DNA of 64,000 nucleotides from Orbicella franksi (lineage: Eukaryota). The notes beneath the pieces were generated by a model, which was not told the origin of the DNA, did not search any database, and worked only from the letters and a program-made list of their open reading frames with translations. The position numbers were made by a program, and so were the translations under genes. The stretch covers positions 806,001 to 870,000 of the forward strand of contig OZ116703.1 in the NCBI GenBank assembly GCA_964199315.1, read 5' to 3'. Below, one piece after another: positions 38,590-49,634 of the stretch (within the stretch, counting starts at the first letter, position 1; every line of letters begins with the position of its first letter).

Positions 38590-39036
38590 CAGTCGAACCT
38601 CCCGTAATTGACCACCCAAAATGCCAAGCCCGGTCGCTTACGAGAGCTAAGACCAAAATTTTGCCTCATTAGCATATGAAATGGTAACTGCAGAGACTTA
38701 CCCAATGTTTTAAATGTTTCATTGATGTCAAATATCAATTTCTAGAAAAAAAAAAACTGTACTTGCCACTGAAAAATATCCGTCTCTTATACTACCCAGT
38801 ATTGCGCTAATGTTACGACAATTTATTATCCAGTTTCCGCGCTATTATACGGTCAAGTAGTCGCAAAAGAAAATTTCAAACTTTAAGCTCTAAAAGTGGT
38901 CGCGGTCGCTTACGAGAGGTGGTCGCTTACAAGAGGTTCCAAATATAGTGATTTGACTCGGAAACTTTTGGTATTTTGGAATAGTGGTGGCTGAGGATCA
39001 GGTTGCCGCTTACGATAGGTGGTCGCAACCGGAGGT
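38590..39036. mobile_element. Tc1/mariner-type MITE remnant
   Basis: TA followed by CAGTCGAACCTCC at the left end, GGAGGT at the right end, and internal GGTCGCTTA repeats. Confidence 0.45.
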
Positions 39037-39294
39037 AGATGCTCGAACCGTAATGGGGAATATTGGTCCTCGGTCATTTTTGCACGGACCTCCCCGCATA
39101 CTGCCACGACCTCGGGCCAATATTTCCCAGTACGGCCCTTGGGCTCAGTTAGTAAGAGGTTGTTATTTTGAAATATCCTAAATTTCTGCTGAGGCGGGAA
39201 GATCGTCAAATCACCCATGGGTCATGGGTTGCCTGTGCTCATTTCGTCTTTTTAGTCAGTGCTAGCCTGCGAGCAGGCTCTTAAAGCAGGCTAA

Positions 39295-39627
39295 GGGCCT
39301 GTTTACAAGGAGAGAGGGTTAATCTAGTAAGCGGGTTAACCTTAGCTGGAGGGCAAAAGATAGCCCGGGTTTACAAGCAAAATTTCACAGGTAGGGTAAC
39401 CCTACAACCCGGGACAACTTAATGCGCGGTTACACTCAAAGGTTCTGGAAACAATTAGAAAGTTAACCCGGCTAGGCGGGTTAACCCTACCTGCAGTGTT
39501 TACAAGGCAAAAAGTAGTTAACCCCCCTGCCAGGGTAACCCTAGCACGTAGATGGGGTAACCCGCCTACCCGGGTAATCCTAGCTGCCTTGTAAACACGA
39601 CGAAGGAAAGGGTAACCCGCTTGCTAG
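39295..39627 (+). mobile_element. PIF/Harbinger-type MITE, 3'-truncated copy
   Basis: TAA followed by GGGCCTGTTTACAAGG; near-collinear with the full copy at 44270-44650. Confidence 0.7.
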
Positions 39628-39717
39628 CTTACCATTTGTCAGAATGAACCAGCGCAGTTGGGATGACCGTCGAATAATGGTAAGGGTTTTTCTAAAATCA
39701 GCAAACATCTGAAACAT

Positions 39718-40680
39718 GGCGCTTTCCATTTGCAATTCGATTGTTTTCGCAGATGAGAGACTGGAAATCGGAAAATTTACCAAATGGTCTGGAAATTTTC
39801 ATCGTTCCGTTCCGAACGGAGAAGAGAATGGGCGCGTTCCATTCGACCAAAATTTCCGAAAATTCCGGTTCAAAGTCAAATGGAACAGAAATTTCCGGAA
39901 ACTCATTTCGAAAATTTCGGTCAACTTCTTGAGGTTGTCCTTTTTTCCGGAAATTTGGAAATTCCGGAAATTTTCTGTTCCATTTGACATTTCTACCCGG
40001 TATGAATCGGCCCCAGTTCCTCTAGGCGTGCCTGAAAGCTACAAGATGGCGGCGTGTCGATACTACACCGGGTGCAAAACGATCTGCCACAGTTCGAGCC
40101 TTTTATTGATTGCCTATCCTCCACAAAAACCTTAGGATCTGCTTTCCTGGAAAATTGTGGACTGGTCGTTCCGATTTTCCTGAGGGCATTTGCCCGGTTT
40201 GCATAATCTCCCGCAAGAAATGTTCGCAAGTTAATTATCTCACGAAAATAATTCTTGAGTCGGTCAGGTAAATATCTCGGAAGAGTTTACTTAAAATAGT
40301 CGCGAATGCGTGTTAAATTTCGTCGCATCAAGCAGCTTACTGCACTTACGACAGCCACTTCATGATTATTCTTCAGCATTTTGTCGAGTAAGGAACGTAG
40401 ACCTGACTCGAGAAAGCGGCGGAAATCGAGCCTAATATTGGCGGGAAATGTTCCCAAGCGGGAATAGAACGAGATGGGTCTGGCCCCTGGGCCTGGTCCG
40501 GCCTGGTGGAAAATACCGTTCCATTCGGCATACGAAAGTTTCGGTAATTCAAAGCGGATTTTTTGGTCGAATGGAACGCGCCCAAATATCTCTGGAGGTA
40601 GTCTACAATTTCCGAAAGGATTTTCCGGAAAATTACAGCTCCATTTGACTTTCAACCGAAATTTCCGGGGTTTTTGCTAA
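39718..40680. mobile_element. Nested MITEs (inner element 39830-40583 inserted into an outer TTTCCG-rich element)
   Basis: Inner terminal inverted repeats GGGCGCGTTCCATTCGACCAAAA / TTTTGGTCGAATGGAACGCGCCC; related sequence continues on both sides. Confidence 0.65.
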
Positions 40681-41097
40681 ATTGGTTCTTTTGGGCAGTA
40701 AAAGAACACGACAAGGCGGTGCTTCTGTCAATCAAAAGAAATCTTCAGCGATTAACTTTTATTGTGGATTTTAACTACAAGACAAAAGACCATTATTCCT
40801 CTTGAGCCATTCATCGTGCAGTATCTATGGAAATGCGAGATGCACATTCCAGCTCGACCAAGCGACGCAAATGATGTTCCTCCCTTCTTGGATTGCCAAA
40901 AGCACGTCGGAGCTTGACTGTTTTGACGATTCAAAGAGTAATTATTTGGAAAACCAGTAAACGTTCGTTCGAAGAAGCGAAGTGAAGTCGCATTTAAACG
41001 TTGCCGAAATTCGTACCAGCAATCTGCCAGGGACAAACTAGCGAGGAAAACCAAAGGATTCGAAACAGCTGCTCTCTGGAATGCTTCATGAACTTTG

Positions 41098-42195
41098 ATG
41101 GCCCCGCGTATGGATCCAACAGTTTCGACGACAATGCCATCAACGACAGACATTTCCGAATCAACTGCTACCGATGGAGAGGAACTGTGGCGTTCAGTTA
41201 CTAGTGTAGGAGACACGATCAATGCGATTGCATTCGGAATTTTGATTCTGTTTACAGCGTTTGGTAATCTTTTGATCCTTGCTGCCGTCTTTAAGAGCAA
41301 GAACCTTCGCTTTCGCACACACTTCTACATCGTCAGCCTTTCGCTAGCGAATTTGCTCATGGCCGGTGTAGTTATGCCTCTTCGAGTGATTAGCTTTGTG
41401 GAAAAAAGCACTTGGTTTGCTAATCCAGATCTGTGTGAAACATATGGCAGCTTCTTTGTACTGTTTTGTACAGTGACCGTCTACACACTGGCTGCAATGA
41501 GCTTGGATCGGTATTTCTCGATCTCGCGATACAAGTGGTATCAGAAATTCCTCACCAACGGACGAACATTTTGGTTCATAATTCTCTGCTGGAGCGTCGC
41601 AGTTCTCGTGTCGTTCGTATTCGCGAATTTCGACAACAATGCGGAAAAATCCATGGACTGCAAGTTGAGCAAAACATACACAACGGCATATGTTTACGTT
41701 TTTGTGGGCATAGAAGTTTTAACTCCGGTGGTCTTCATGTTGATCTTGCAATGGCAGGTCATGAAGACAGCCGTCAGCCATCTTCACACAGTGGACGTCT
41801 GCGGAAGACAGATCAAGAATCTGGACTATGCTGATTTTCCATCGATCGCCAAAGAATCGACTTGGTCGAAGATCGTGGTTCGAATCACGCTGAGTTTCGT
41901 CATCTTTTGGATTCCAAGATGCATTTTCCTTCTCTTGGACAATAGTAACACTGCAGGAATTCACGACGTCGCGGATGGCTTGACAGAAATTATGACTTAC
42001 TGTTTCCCAGCTTCATTCGCCTTGCTGTTGGGTTACTGGAGCAAGGAATTCAAAGAAGAATTCACGAATATGCTGTGTCCTTATGCTTGTTATCAGAGGA
42101 ACAAGGATATGAAGAAGTATCGCATGGGCGACTCCAATAAAGTCAAGCCATCCATGATGTACAGAAAGCACTCGAAAAACTTTCCAATCTCATGA
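41098..42195 (+). CDS. Intronless class A (rhodopsin-like) orphan GPCR, 365 aa
   Basis: Seven hydrophobic segments; GN in TM1 (FGNLLIL), C3.25 (LCET), SLDRY in TM3, W in TM4, FWIP in TM6. First ATG at 41098. Confidence 0.9.
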   Translation: MAPRMDPTVSTTMPSTTDISESTATDGEELWRSVTSVGDTINAIAFGILILFTAFGNLLILAAVFKSKNLRFRTHFYIVSLSLANLLMAGVVMPLRVISFVEKSTWFANPDLCETYGSFFVLFCTVTVYTLAAMSLDRYFSISRYKWYQKFLTNGRTFWFIILCWSVAVLVSFVFANFDNNAEKSMDCKLSKTYTTAYVYVFVGIEVLTPVVFMLILQWQVMKTAVSHLHTVDVCGRQIKNLDYADFPSIAKESTWSKIVVRITLSFVIFWIPRCIFLLLDNSNTAGIHDVADGLTEIMTYCFPASFALLLGYWSKEFKEEFTNMLCPYACYQRNKDMKKYRMGDSNKVKPSMMYRKHSKNFPIS

Positions 42196-43225
42196 ACATT
42201 GGAATAAGAATGTGGAAATTAAATGGAAAATCTGTAGTGAGGGTACCACAGACACCCCTCTGGATATAGACCCTCTCTCCACCCTTAGATCTTTGTATAG
42301 CATTGCAATTACAGCAATGTACCTTTTGAACAGGTTCCTTAGTGGAGCATAGTGTGAAAAGAAATTGACAATGGCATGTGAAGTGAGCTTAGTACGGTCT
42401 GAGCAGAAATATCTTGTGCTTGACTTTCTCCATCTGCCAATTGTTCCCTTTCTGCCCTTAACTCCACTATACTAATCGGCTAGTATTGGTGTCTATGAGC
42501 ACCAAGGTTATAAGGTGTGTGTTTCTTATTATAGTGTTGTGCAAACTGCTTACCGCCTTATACGGCTTCAAAGACCATATTCTGCTCCTCTGATTAGTCT
42601 TTGCAACACAGATCGAGTTTATAAATTTAGCCTGGTGAGGGCTTAAAACTGGATGCACAAAAGTACATGTATTATGATTCGCATTTTTGATGGTGGGCGA
42701 GGGGGAATGGGTGAGGATGAGATTAAGTATCCCTTTCATAGTTGTTGTTGAGAAAGTTATCATCTATTAATGTACGTAATAGTGAGTACAAACACTTGGT
42801 TTGCAATGTGTTGCAGAAGTTTTGAAGTAGGGTTTTTGAGATGTCCTTTTAGCTTGGGACAAGGAATAAAATGAGTATCAGATTTAAATGTGCAGTCGTG
42901 TTTAAATTATATTAACAGTACAAGGTATGCGAACTTCCAATTTTTTCTTTTTTGCTGATGTAAGTTGCCAACTATAAGATTCCTACATGTAAGTGGTAGT
43001 TTAAATTCTTTGTTACAGATTTGCATGGAATCCTGTGTGCTGTTACATGTAAAAAATAAATAAATGATACAGATAATATTTGTAGTCAGTATGTCAGTGA
43101 TGTTGTACTTAAATTCATTTGTTTTGCTTTCAATTTGATTAGGTTAAGTAATTGATTTAAGGTGAGAGTTTTATTGAACTTTGCATGGGAATCATAGTAA
43201 ACTGATTTTTAGGATTATAGTTAAG

Positions 43226-43465
43226 TAGATTGTTCACAATCCTGTGTTTTTCTGTCAGATTGTATATGTCCATCATTGAGTTTGACAGGCCGCAGTCTTG
43301 GTCTCTTGATCCGAGCGAAATGGGGGAGAGTACCAAATGTCTGTGGGTAGGGGTGGTGTACTCTCCCCAGTTTCGCTCGCATCAAGAGACCAAGATGGCG
43401 GCCTGTCGAACTCAACAATCGACATCTACGATCTCACGGAAAAATAGGGGACTGTCAACAGTCTA
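43226..43465. mobile_element. MITE-like element
   Basis: TAGATTGTTCACAATCC versus GGGACTGTCAACAGTCTA. Confidence 0.5.
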
Positions 43466-44269
43466 GTTCTTATAGAAATATTAATATAATAATTATTGTA
43501 TTGCCTCGTGCGACTCTTGCACTTCTTTCGCATTTAGCAACCTCCCGCGTGCATTCATAACTCAATAGTGCATGCTATGGCGTTTACCATTTGTTTTATA
43601 ACATAACATTGAGACATTGGAACAACAGAAGTCCTTTTATTGAGCTTCATCACAAAAAAATGTTCGTGTAGTCTTGCATGACAAGAGAAAACAAGCGCAC
43701 GGAAATTCATTCATGACAACCGACTGCACACCAGTAACTCAATAAAGTTTCTTCTTCAGACAACTGTGAAGACAATTTCGCATTTCTGGCAGAAGGAAGT
43801 CGGCCATTACTTTGGAAACAATGTCTGTCAAAAGATTTGCTTTGTAAACATTAGCACACACATCAGCAGTGTACACCCATGGGCAAATAGTAGACGCTAA
43901 ATTAACCAATCAGAGCGCACGCTTTGCTTTAGTTATATTATAAAACAAGTTGTAGATAAAATTTTGACATTACTATCTGGTACAAATTGTATCTTCTGAA
44001 TAAAAGAAATATTTGTGTTGTGATTGGTGCTGGTGATAAAAATTTGTTGTTAGAGATGAAGGCGAGCAAGGAAAAAGGAAACAGAAATGATTTGTTCAGC
44101 TACATACATTCTGGTGTCTACTAAGTGCATTGAACAGACTACCTATCCTGCAATACTGGCATATGTTGGCGAGCGAGTGCTTTTTGATCAAGCTAGCATC
44201 ATCTTGGATTCAAACTTGGAAGCGGCTTGGGGAGAGATAAAAAGGTGTGTTAGGTTGAAAGAGGAGTAA

Positions 44270-44650
44270 GGGCCTGTTTACAAGGAGGGAGGGTTACCCT
44301 AGCAAGCGGGTTAAACCTAGCTGGAGGGCAAAAGATAGCCCAGGTTTACAAGCAAAATTTCACACGTAGGGTAACCCTATTACCGGGACAACTTAATGCA
44401 CGGTTACACTCAAAGGGTCTGGAAACAATTAGAAAGTTAACCCAGGTAGGTGGGTTAACCCTACCTGGAGTGTTAAAAAAGGAAAAAGTTAACCCACCTG
44501 CCAGGGTAACCCTAGCACGCAGATAGGGTAACCCGCCTACCTGGGTAACCCCAGCTTCCTTGTAAACATGACGAAGAAAAAAAGAGGAAATGTGTGAGTG
44601 CTAGGGTAACCCGCTCTCTAGGGTAACCCTCCCTCCTTGTAAACAGGCCC
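44270..44650 (+). mobile_element. PIF/Harbinger-type (Tourist-like) MITE, full length 381 bp
   Basis: Terminal inverted repeats GGGCCTGTTTACAAGGAGGGAGGGTTACCCTAG / CTAGGGTAACCCTCCCTCCTTGTAAACAGGCCC, flanked by TAA on both sides. Confidence 0.8.
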
Positions 44651-44930
44651 TAATGGGGGAGGGAAAGAGGAAGGAAAAATTCACTCCTTCTCTTCCTTGT
44701 CCACTTTCCCTAAGCCAATATTGTGGCGAATCTTCTTGATTGCAACTTGTAATCACATGGAAAAAGTCTGCGCTGCAGGCTAGCAACTGTACCCTGTTAA
44801 GTGTACCGTCTAGGAATAAGGGATAAATTTAGTAAAAATTATAAGAATAAGAAGGTTTTTTGACAGGGCAGGGTGCATGGGAGAGAGAGAGGAAGTATTG
44901 GTTGAGGAAGTTGGACTGGCAACGAGATCG

Positions 44931-45010
44931 TAATTGGCCAATCACACTTGAGTTCTGCACCCTTTCCGGCAGCCTTGGCGTACGGCAATCGGTAAAATCC
45001 AAAATGGTGG
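44931..45010 (+). promoter_or_regulatory. TELO2 proximal promoter (overlapping ATTGG/CCAAT box, YY1-like CAAAATGG)
   Basis: TAATTGGCCAATCAC at 44931-44945 and CAAAATGGTGG at ~45000, just upstream of the ATG at 45060. Confidence 0.35.
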
Positions 45011-45059
45011 ACGAACACGTGGAAAGCAAGTAGCGCAAAAAAGGATTTATTTCGATACA

Positions 45060-46560
45060 ATGGAGACGAATTTGGATCGAGATTTGCCAGGAGAGGTTCG
45101 AAGATTTGTTCGTGAACGTCAAAACAGCCTAGCAAATGCATCCAGCTCAACTGAAGTTATCGAACCTTTGAATGACATTGCTGAACTTTTTCTGCGAGGC
45201 TCTCTGCAACCCGGGAAAGTTCCTCTAGATAAGCGTCCATCCCTGAAAGCTGAATTTGTAAACAATTACTTTTTAAGGTTCGCTGAATTTATTCTCTCTT
45301 CGCCAGTGATCGGGTTTTACGGCAGCTTCAATGAAGACCAAAGAAAAGATCTTTTTGACGTGTTTTTCCTGCGTGGTCCTTCACACGACAGTCTTCTTGT
45401 TTTAGGGGACGCGCTTTCCAAGCAGACAGCGAATTTGAAAAACACCAGGGTGGTAGTCTCTTTGCTCGAGAAGTTCTGTGCGGAAGGAAGGCTAGTTGAT
45501 GTGTTCGTACAACAATGTCGGATATCCAGGCCTTTGACAAGTGGGCCTCAAAAGTTCAATCAGTCAGAATTGGAAAGCAACCTTTGGGGACAGCTTATAA
45601 CTTTAATAGTTTCCCTCCCGCAGAGAGTGGCAAACAAGATGAGACTGAAGTGCAGTTCACAGTTTTACCCAGAGCCCTATTTCAAAATGGTTGCTGATCA
45701 GATTCTGAAAGCACTAGAGAAATTGCATGACAATCTTACAATGTCGTATGATTGTTCTTTTAAGTTCCTTGGTGAGCTTATTGGACGGATTTGCATGGCT
45801 GGGCAAGCCGAAAAAACTTTTGCTATTTTGTTGCCAGCTTTAGAGAGGTGGCTAGCGACAAGTCCACTTTGGAACAGAATATGTGCACGATTGATCACTG
45901 GGGTTCCAGATGGCACCATGGAACATGTTACAGAAGGTCTGCTCAAGGCAGCTAACAATCCCAGCTTAATCGCTAAGCTATTTGGTGATTCAATTCTGTC
46001 AAACACCAAACTCAAATACTTGCTGACCAGTAAGTTTCTACTGATAAGAAGCTATTCAAACACAAATGTTCTGTACAACATCATTGCATATTTATCTGGA
46101 TGCAAGCGGCGGCATTTATTAGTGGAAGTTTTAGGTACACTTCTTGATGTGTGGGGTGATAGAAGTGCCATTAAACACACAACATATGATCAGCATTTTT
46201 ATGTCACTTGTGCTGTTGTTCTATCCTTTGGGCACTTGAAGATGGAGGAGAAGCAATCCGAGAAACACGTGATACTTACCAAGCTGTTAGTTGGCGTTCA
46301 GAGTCATTTGGACAGTCCTTTGGAGAAGGTGCGGCGTCTTGGGATGGTGGTTGCAGAGTGTATTACATCGTCCCTCGAACCTAATGGTGAGAAACTGGTT
46401 TTCGAATATGCTGAAGATGAGGAAACTAAATTGTTGAAGTCAATGGCCAAAGGTTCAAAGGAACGGTTGAATTCAGGAAAAGGAGAAAAGGAAAGCAAGA
46501 AGCTTCACAGTGACAGAATAACAGATCCGCAGCCAAGTAGTATTCCTGGCAAAAACAAAC

Positions 46561-46591
<31 letters not shown>

Positions 46592-47609
46592 CTTGCTGCC
46601 ATATGATCTTGACGAAGATGGTGATACAAGTAGCAAGTCCAACTTGCCTAAGTTCCTACGTGATTGTATTGAGGGTCTCATAGCATCAGAAGATCCATCT
46701 AAGACTGAGGCTTCTTTAAGATCTGTGGAGCAACTTGTTTGTGCTGAGCTGGACGACCTCGAAGATGTTTGTGTAGAACTAGTGAAAGTGTTGCTTCACC
46801 TTGAAGATCGCTATTCCACTGATAAGTTTTATGAAATTCGTCACAATGCAATGGTGTCTGTGACCATCAGGTGTCCTCAGCAGATTGCTTGCTATTTGAC
46901 AGAAGAATGTTTTGCTCCTAACTACAATTTGCAACAGCGGATGGACATGCTGAATGTTCTCGCTGATGCTGCACGGCAACTCTCAGCCCCAACAGAAATT
47001 TCCAAAACAAGAGCAGTGCCAAGAAAATTTCCACTCCCACAAGCAGACTCACTTAAATCTCTACAAGCTGTTCCAGAGTGGCAAAAGATTGTTCAAGAGA
47101 GAATTGAAGGAAAAACAAAGAGGATTAGCAAAGGGCCATCCTGTCCACAGCCCAAAGGTGTTGTAAATAAGTTTGCTGGTGTGGCTGGATTTTTCTTTTT
47201 CCCTCTAATGAAGAACTTTGATGTGAAAGTGAACACATTAGACCTACTGGGAGATGACACGCTTGTCCTTGGCAGGCTTGTTTACACTCTCGGTATAATC
47301 ATGTACTCTGCTCAGGAAACACCTGTAGCAAGGAACATGGGAGTGGCCTTGTTGGAGTTTACTTGGGCCCTGAAGTATCACAAAGAACCATTTGTGCGTC
47401 AAGCACTCATCTTTGCACAGGCCATGGTTGCTGTTTCTGTTCCATCGTCGACGCTGATGAGTGATGCTCCAGGGGAACTCTTTGAGCTCCATAACTGGTT
47501 GAAGACAACTGTAGAGAGTGATACTGATGTTGACAGTGTCAAGGCGGCTTTACAGACTCTAGTTTTGTTAGAAGAAATCTTTAAGAATGAAGTTACCCTG
47601 CATGGTTGA
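45060..47609 (+). CDS. TELO2: Telomere length regulation protein TEL2 homolog (TTT complex), intronless, 849 aa
   Basis: Helical-repeat protein with recalled TELO2 hallmarks: GV..HLDSP..KVRRLGMVVAE, acidic loop followed by PYD, then DCIEGL, NYNLQQRMDML.VL..AA..LS, NKFA.VAG.FFFPL, LGRLVYTLG. Confidence 0.9.
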
Positions 47610-47790
47610 TCACAGAATATTGTTGTGATCTACTTAAAGCTACTGGTGCTACTTTCATGCACAGTTGACATGAAATTTTAAGTTGACAAGAATTGAGTTA
47701 CCAGCATATGTAGCATTGGCAATACAGCAATAGTAATGACATGATAGAAAAGCTAGCTTTTACAAATATTGAAAATACATATTCTTGAAA

Positions 47791-47964
47791 CAGGGGCGCA
47801 GCCAGGATTTTAAAAAAAAGGGGGGGGGAGGTCACACTGGGTCAAAGTGAGGGTACTCACCAGATTTTCATGTCATTCTCTCCGCCTGTTGTAGGTTGTT
47901 TGCATAAAAAAGGCTTACAAAGGGGGTATCATGGGCACCCCAGGACCCCCTAGCTATGCCCCTG
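47791..47964. mobile_element. Short MITE-like element
   Basis: CAGGGGCGCAGC / GCTATGCCCCTG termini, flanked by TGAAA direct repeats. Confidence 0.55.
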
Positions 47965-49548
47965 TGAAACACTGCTTTTTAGAAACTGTTCTAATTTGCA
48001 TCTGGTCACCTACAAATGTGACTGGGCATTTGTGCTTGATTGCTGTTAAGTTCTTATTTTAGAGGACAAAACATCTATAAGTTGATTATTGACCTGTGAA
48101 TGTTGCAATGTTGGCTGTTAGTGGCTAATTATTACATTGAAGCTGGCATAGGTGGCATGTTTTGATTGGGACACTGCAAAAGCGGGCAGCAAAGCTGTGA
48201 GGAAATTATCATGATTGGACCTCAACTTCACTGTCCTCCATTTTCGTGGTGTCTTTGCAGTTGCACACAAAATACTGCCTGCCATACAGGCTAGGCTAGC
48301 GTTGGGTTATTCTGTTTAAAAGGTTTTTTCTGCCGATGTGTTGAAGAAAAGGTCAATTGTTGTGCAATTGCAAAAAGTAAAGGAACAGACAAAATCCGTG
48401 TGTTTCTTAGCTAATTTATGTACTGCAAGAGATCTACAGAGTTTGCAATAGTTTGGCACTGCTCCAGTAAAGTTGTTCCAGGTTTGATTACTTAAGTAAA
48501 TGTCTTTGGCTGTTTGAAAGTTAATCAAGGTGGATGTGATAATATTTCTGCTAGTCCACATTGTTTTTCTTAGCATATGGCCACCAGTGTTGGCAATTGC
48601 TTAACAACTTTCGCTGCAGTAGCACATAATGATTAGAGAATTACCCTGTGTACCAGACATTTCCTTTCCTTTTCGAGGTGGGGGAGACTGAACAAGCGAC
48701 TGAACACACGAGTGTGCTTGGGGTGAACTATAATGGGGAGAAGTGGGGAGGGGGTGAGCGAGAAGAGGGAGGGGGCTGGTGTTACATTTTCTCCCAGATC
48801 AAGAGGTGATCATTTATTATGCTCACTCTCATGACATGCGTGATTAATAATATAACATGAAATAAATGGACTCATATTGATCAGTTCTGGGGTAAAATAG
48901 TGTAATTCCAAAGTCACTATCAAAATTTTCCCTTAGTATTTACAGATGGCTCTTTCATGGTATTTATTAGAGGAAATTATATAAGTTCTCGACAGAATAG
49001 AAACTACACTATGGTCAACAGGATCATTAGGGGTTGTGGGGCCAAATGTAGATCACTAAGCAAAGGGAATGAAAAGAACTGCCTCAAAGAGACATTTTGC
49101 CTTTGAATGATTTTTTTCTCCAAGTGAGTCAACTTTAATTTTTTTTATCATAGAAAATATATGAAAGAGCCCAAATTTTCTCATTATTTGTATTATTCTC
49201 CCAGACTTGTCAAAATGGAAGTTTGGGGGATACCCTCGGGATATTTGACAACAGTTGTAAATTTATTTTGTTGTTGTTGCAAATCTTAAGAACATGAAAA
49301 GGACGGAGTGAATTGAACAGGACTCATTATGGTCACCCATAGACAACTTTACAGGGTAAATCCAGAGGATTTTACAAAGGTTCAACTTTGCACAGAATCA
49401 CAGACCACGTTATTATTATTATTTTTTGTCGCTGGAAACTTCTTTTATCTCAAAAATTAGCATGATAATTCCCGTTTTCACGTCTAATGAGCGTCTGGCT
49501 ATTGAACCCCTCGAGTACATTGCCACACCTTCTGAAGTCGAGGCTGTG

Positions 49549-49579
49549 GCGCATGCGTGCATCCGAATCCAAAATGGCG
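49549..49579 (+). promoter_or_regulatory. Housekeeping-type core promoter motifs upstream of SBF (NRF1-like GCGCATGCG, YY1-like CAAAATGGCG)
   Basis: Motifs at 49549-49557 and 49570-49579, about 55-85 bp before the ATG. Confidence 0.45.
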
Positions 49580-49634
49580 TCCAAAGGAAAGGGTGTATGG
49601 ATATGGTCGCCTACATGACATTCCATCTCAAGAA

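Noticed and set aside
39580-40680. Multiple overlapping ORFs of 60-139 aa
   Set aside because: They lie inside nested MITEs and show no transposase motifs.
40752-41318. 188-aa minus-strand ORF
   Set aside because: Shadow of the GPCR 5' region. The ORFs at 13809-14213, 20355-20822 and 32570-33106 are likewise shadows of genes B, C and D.
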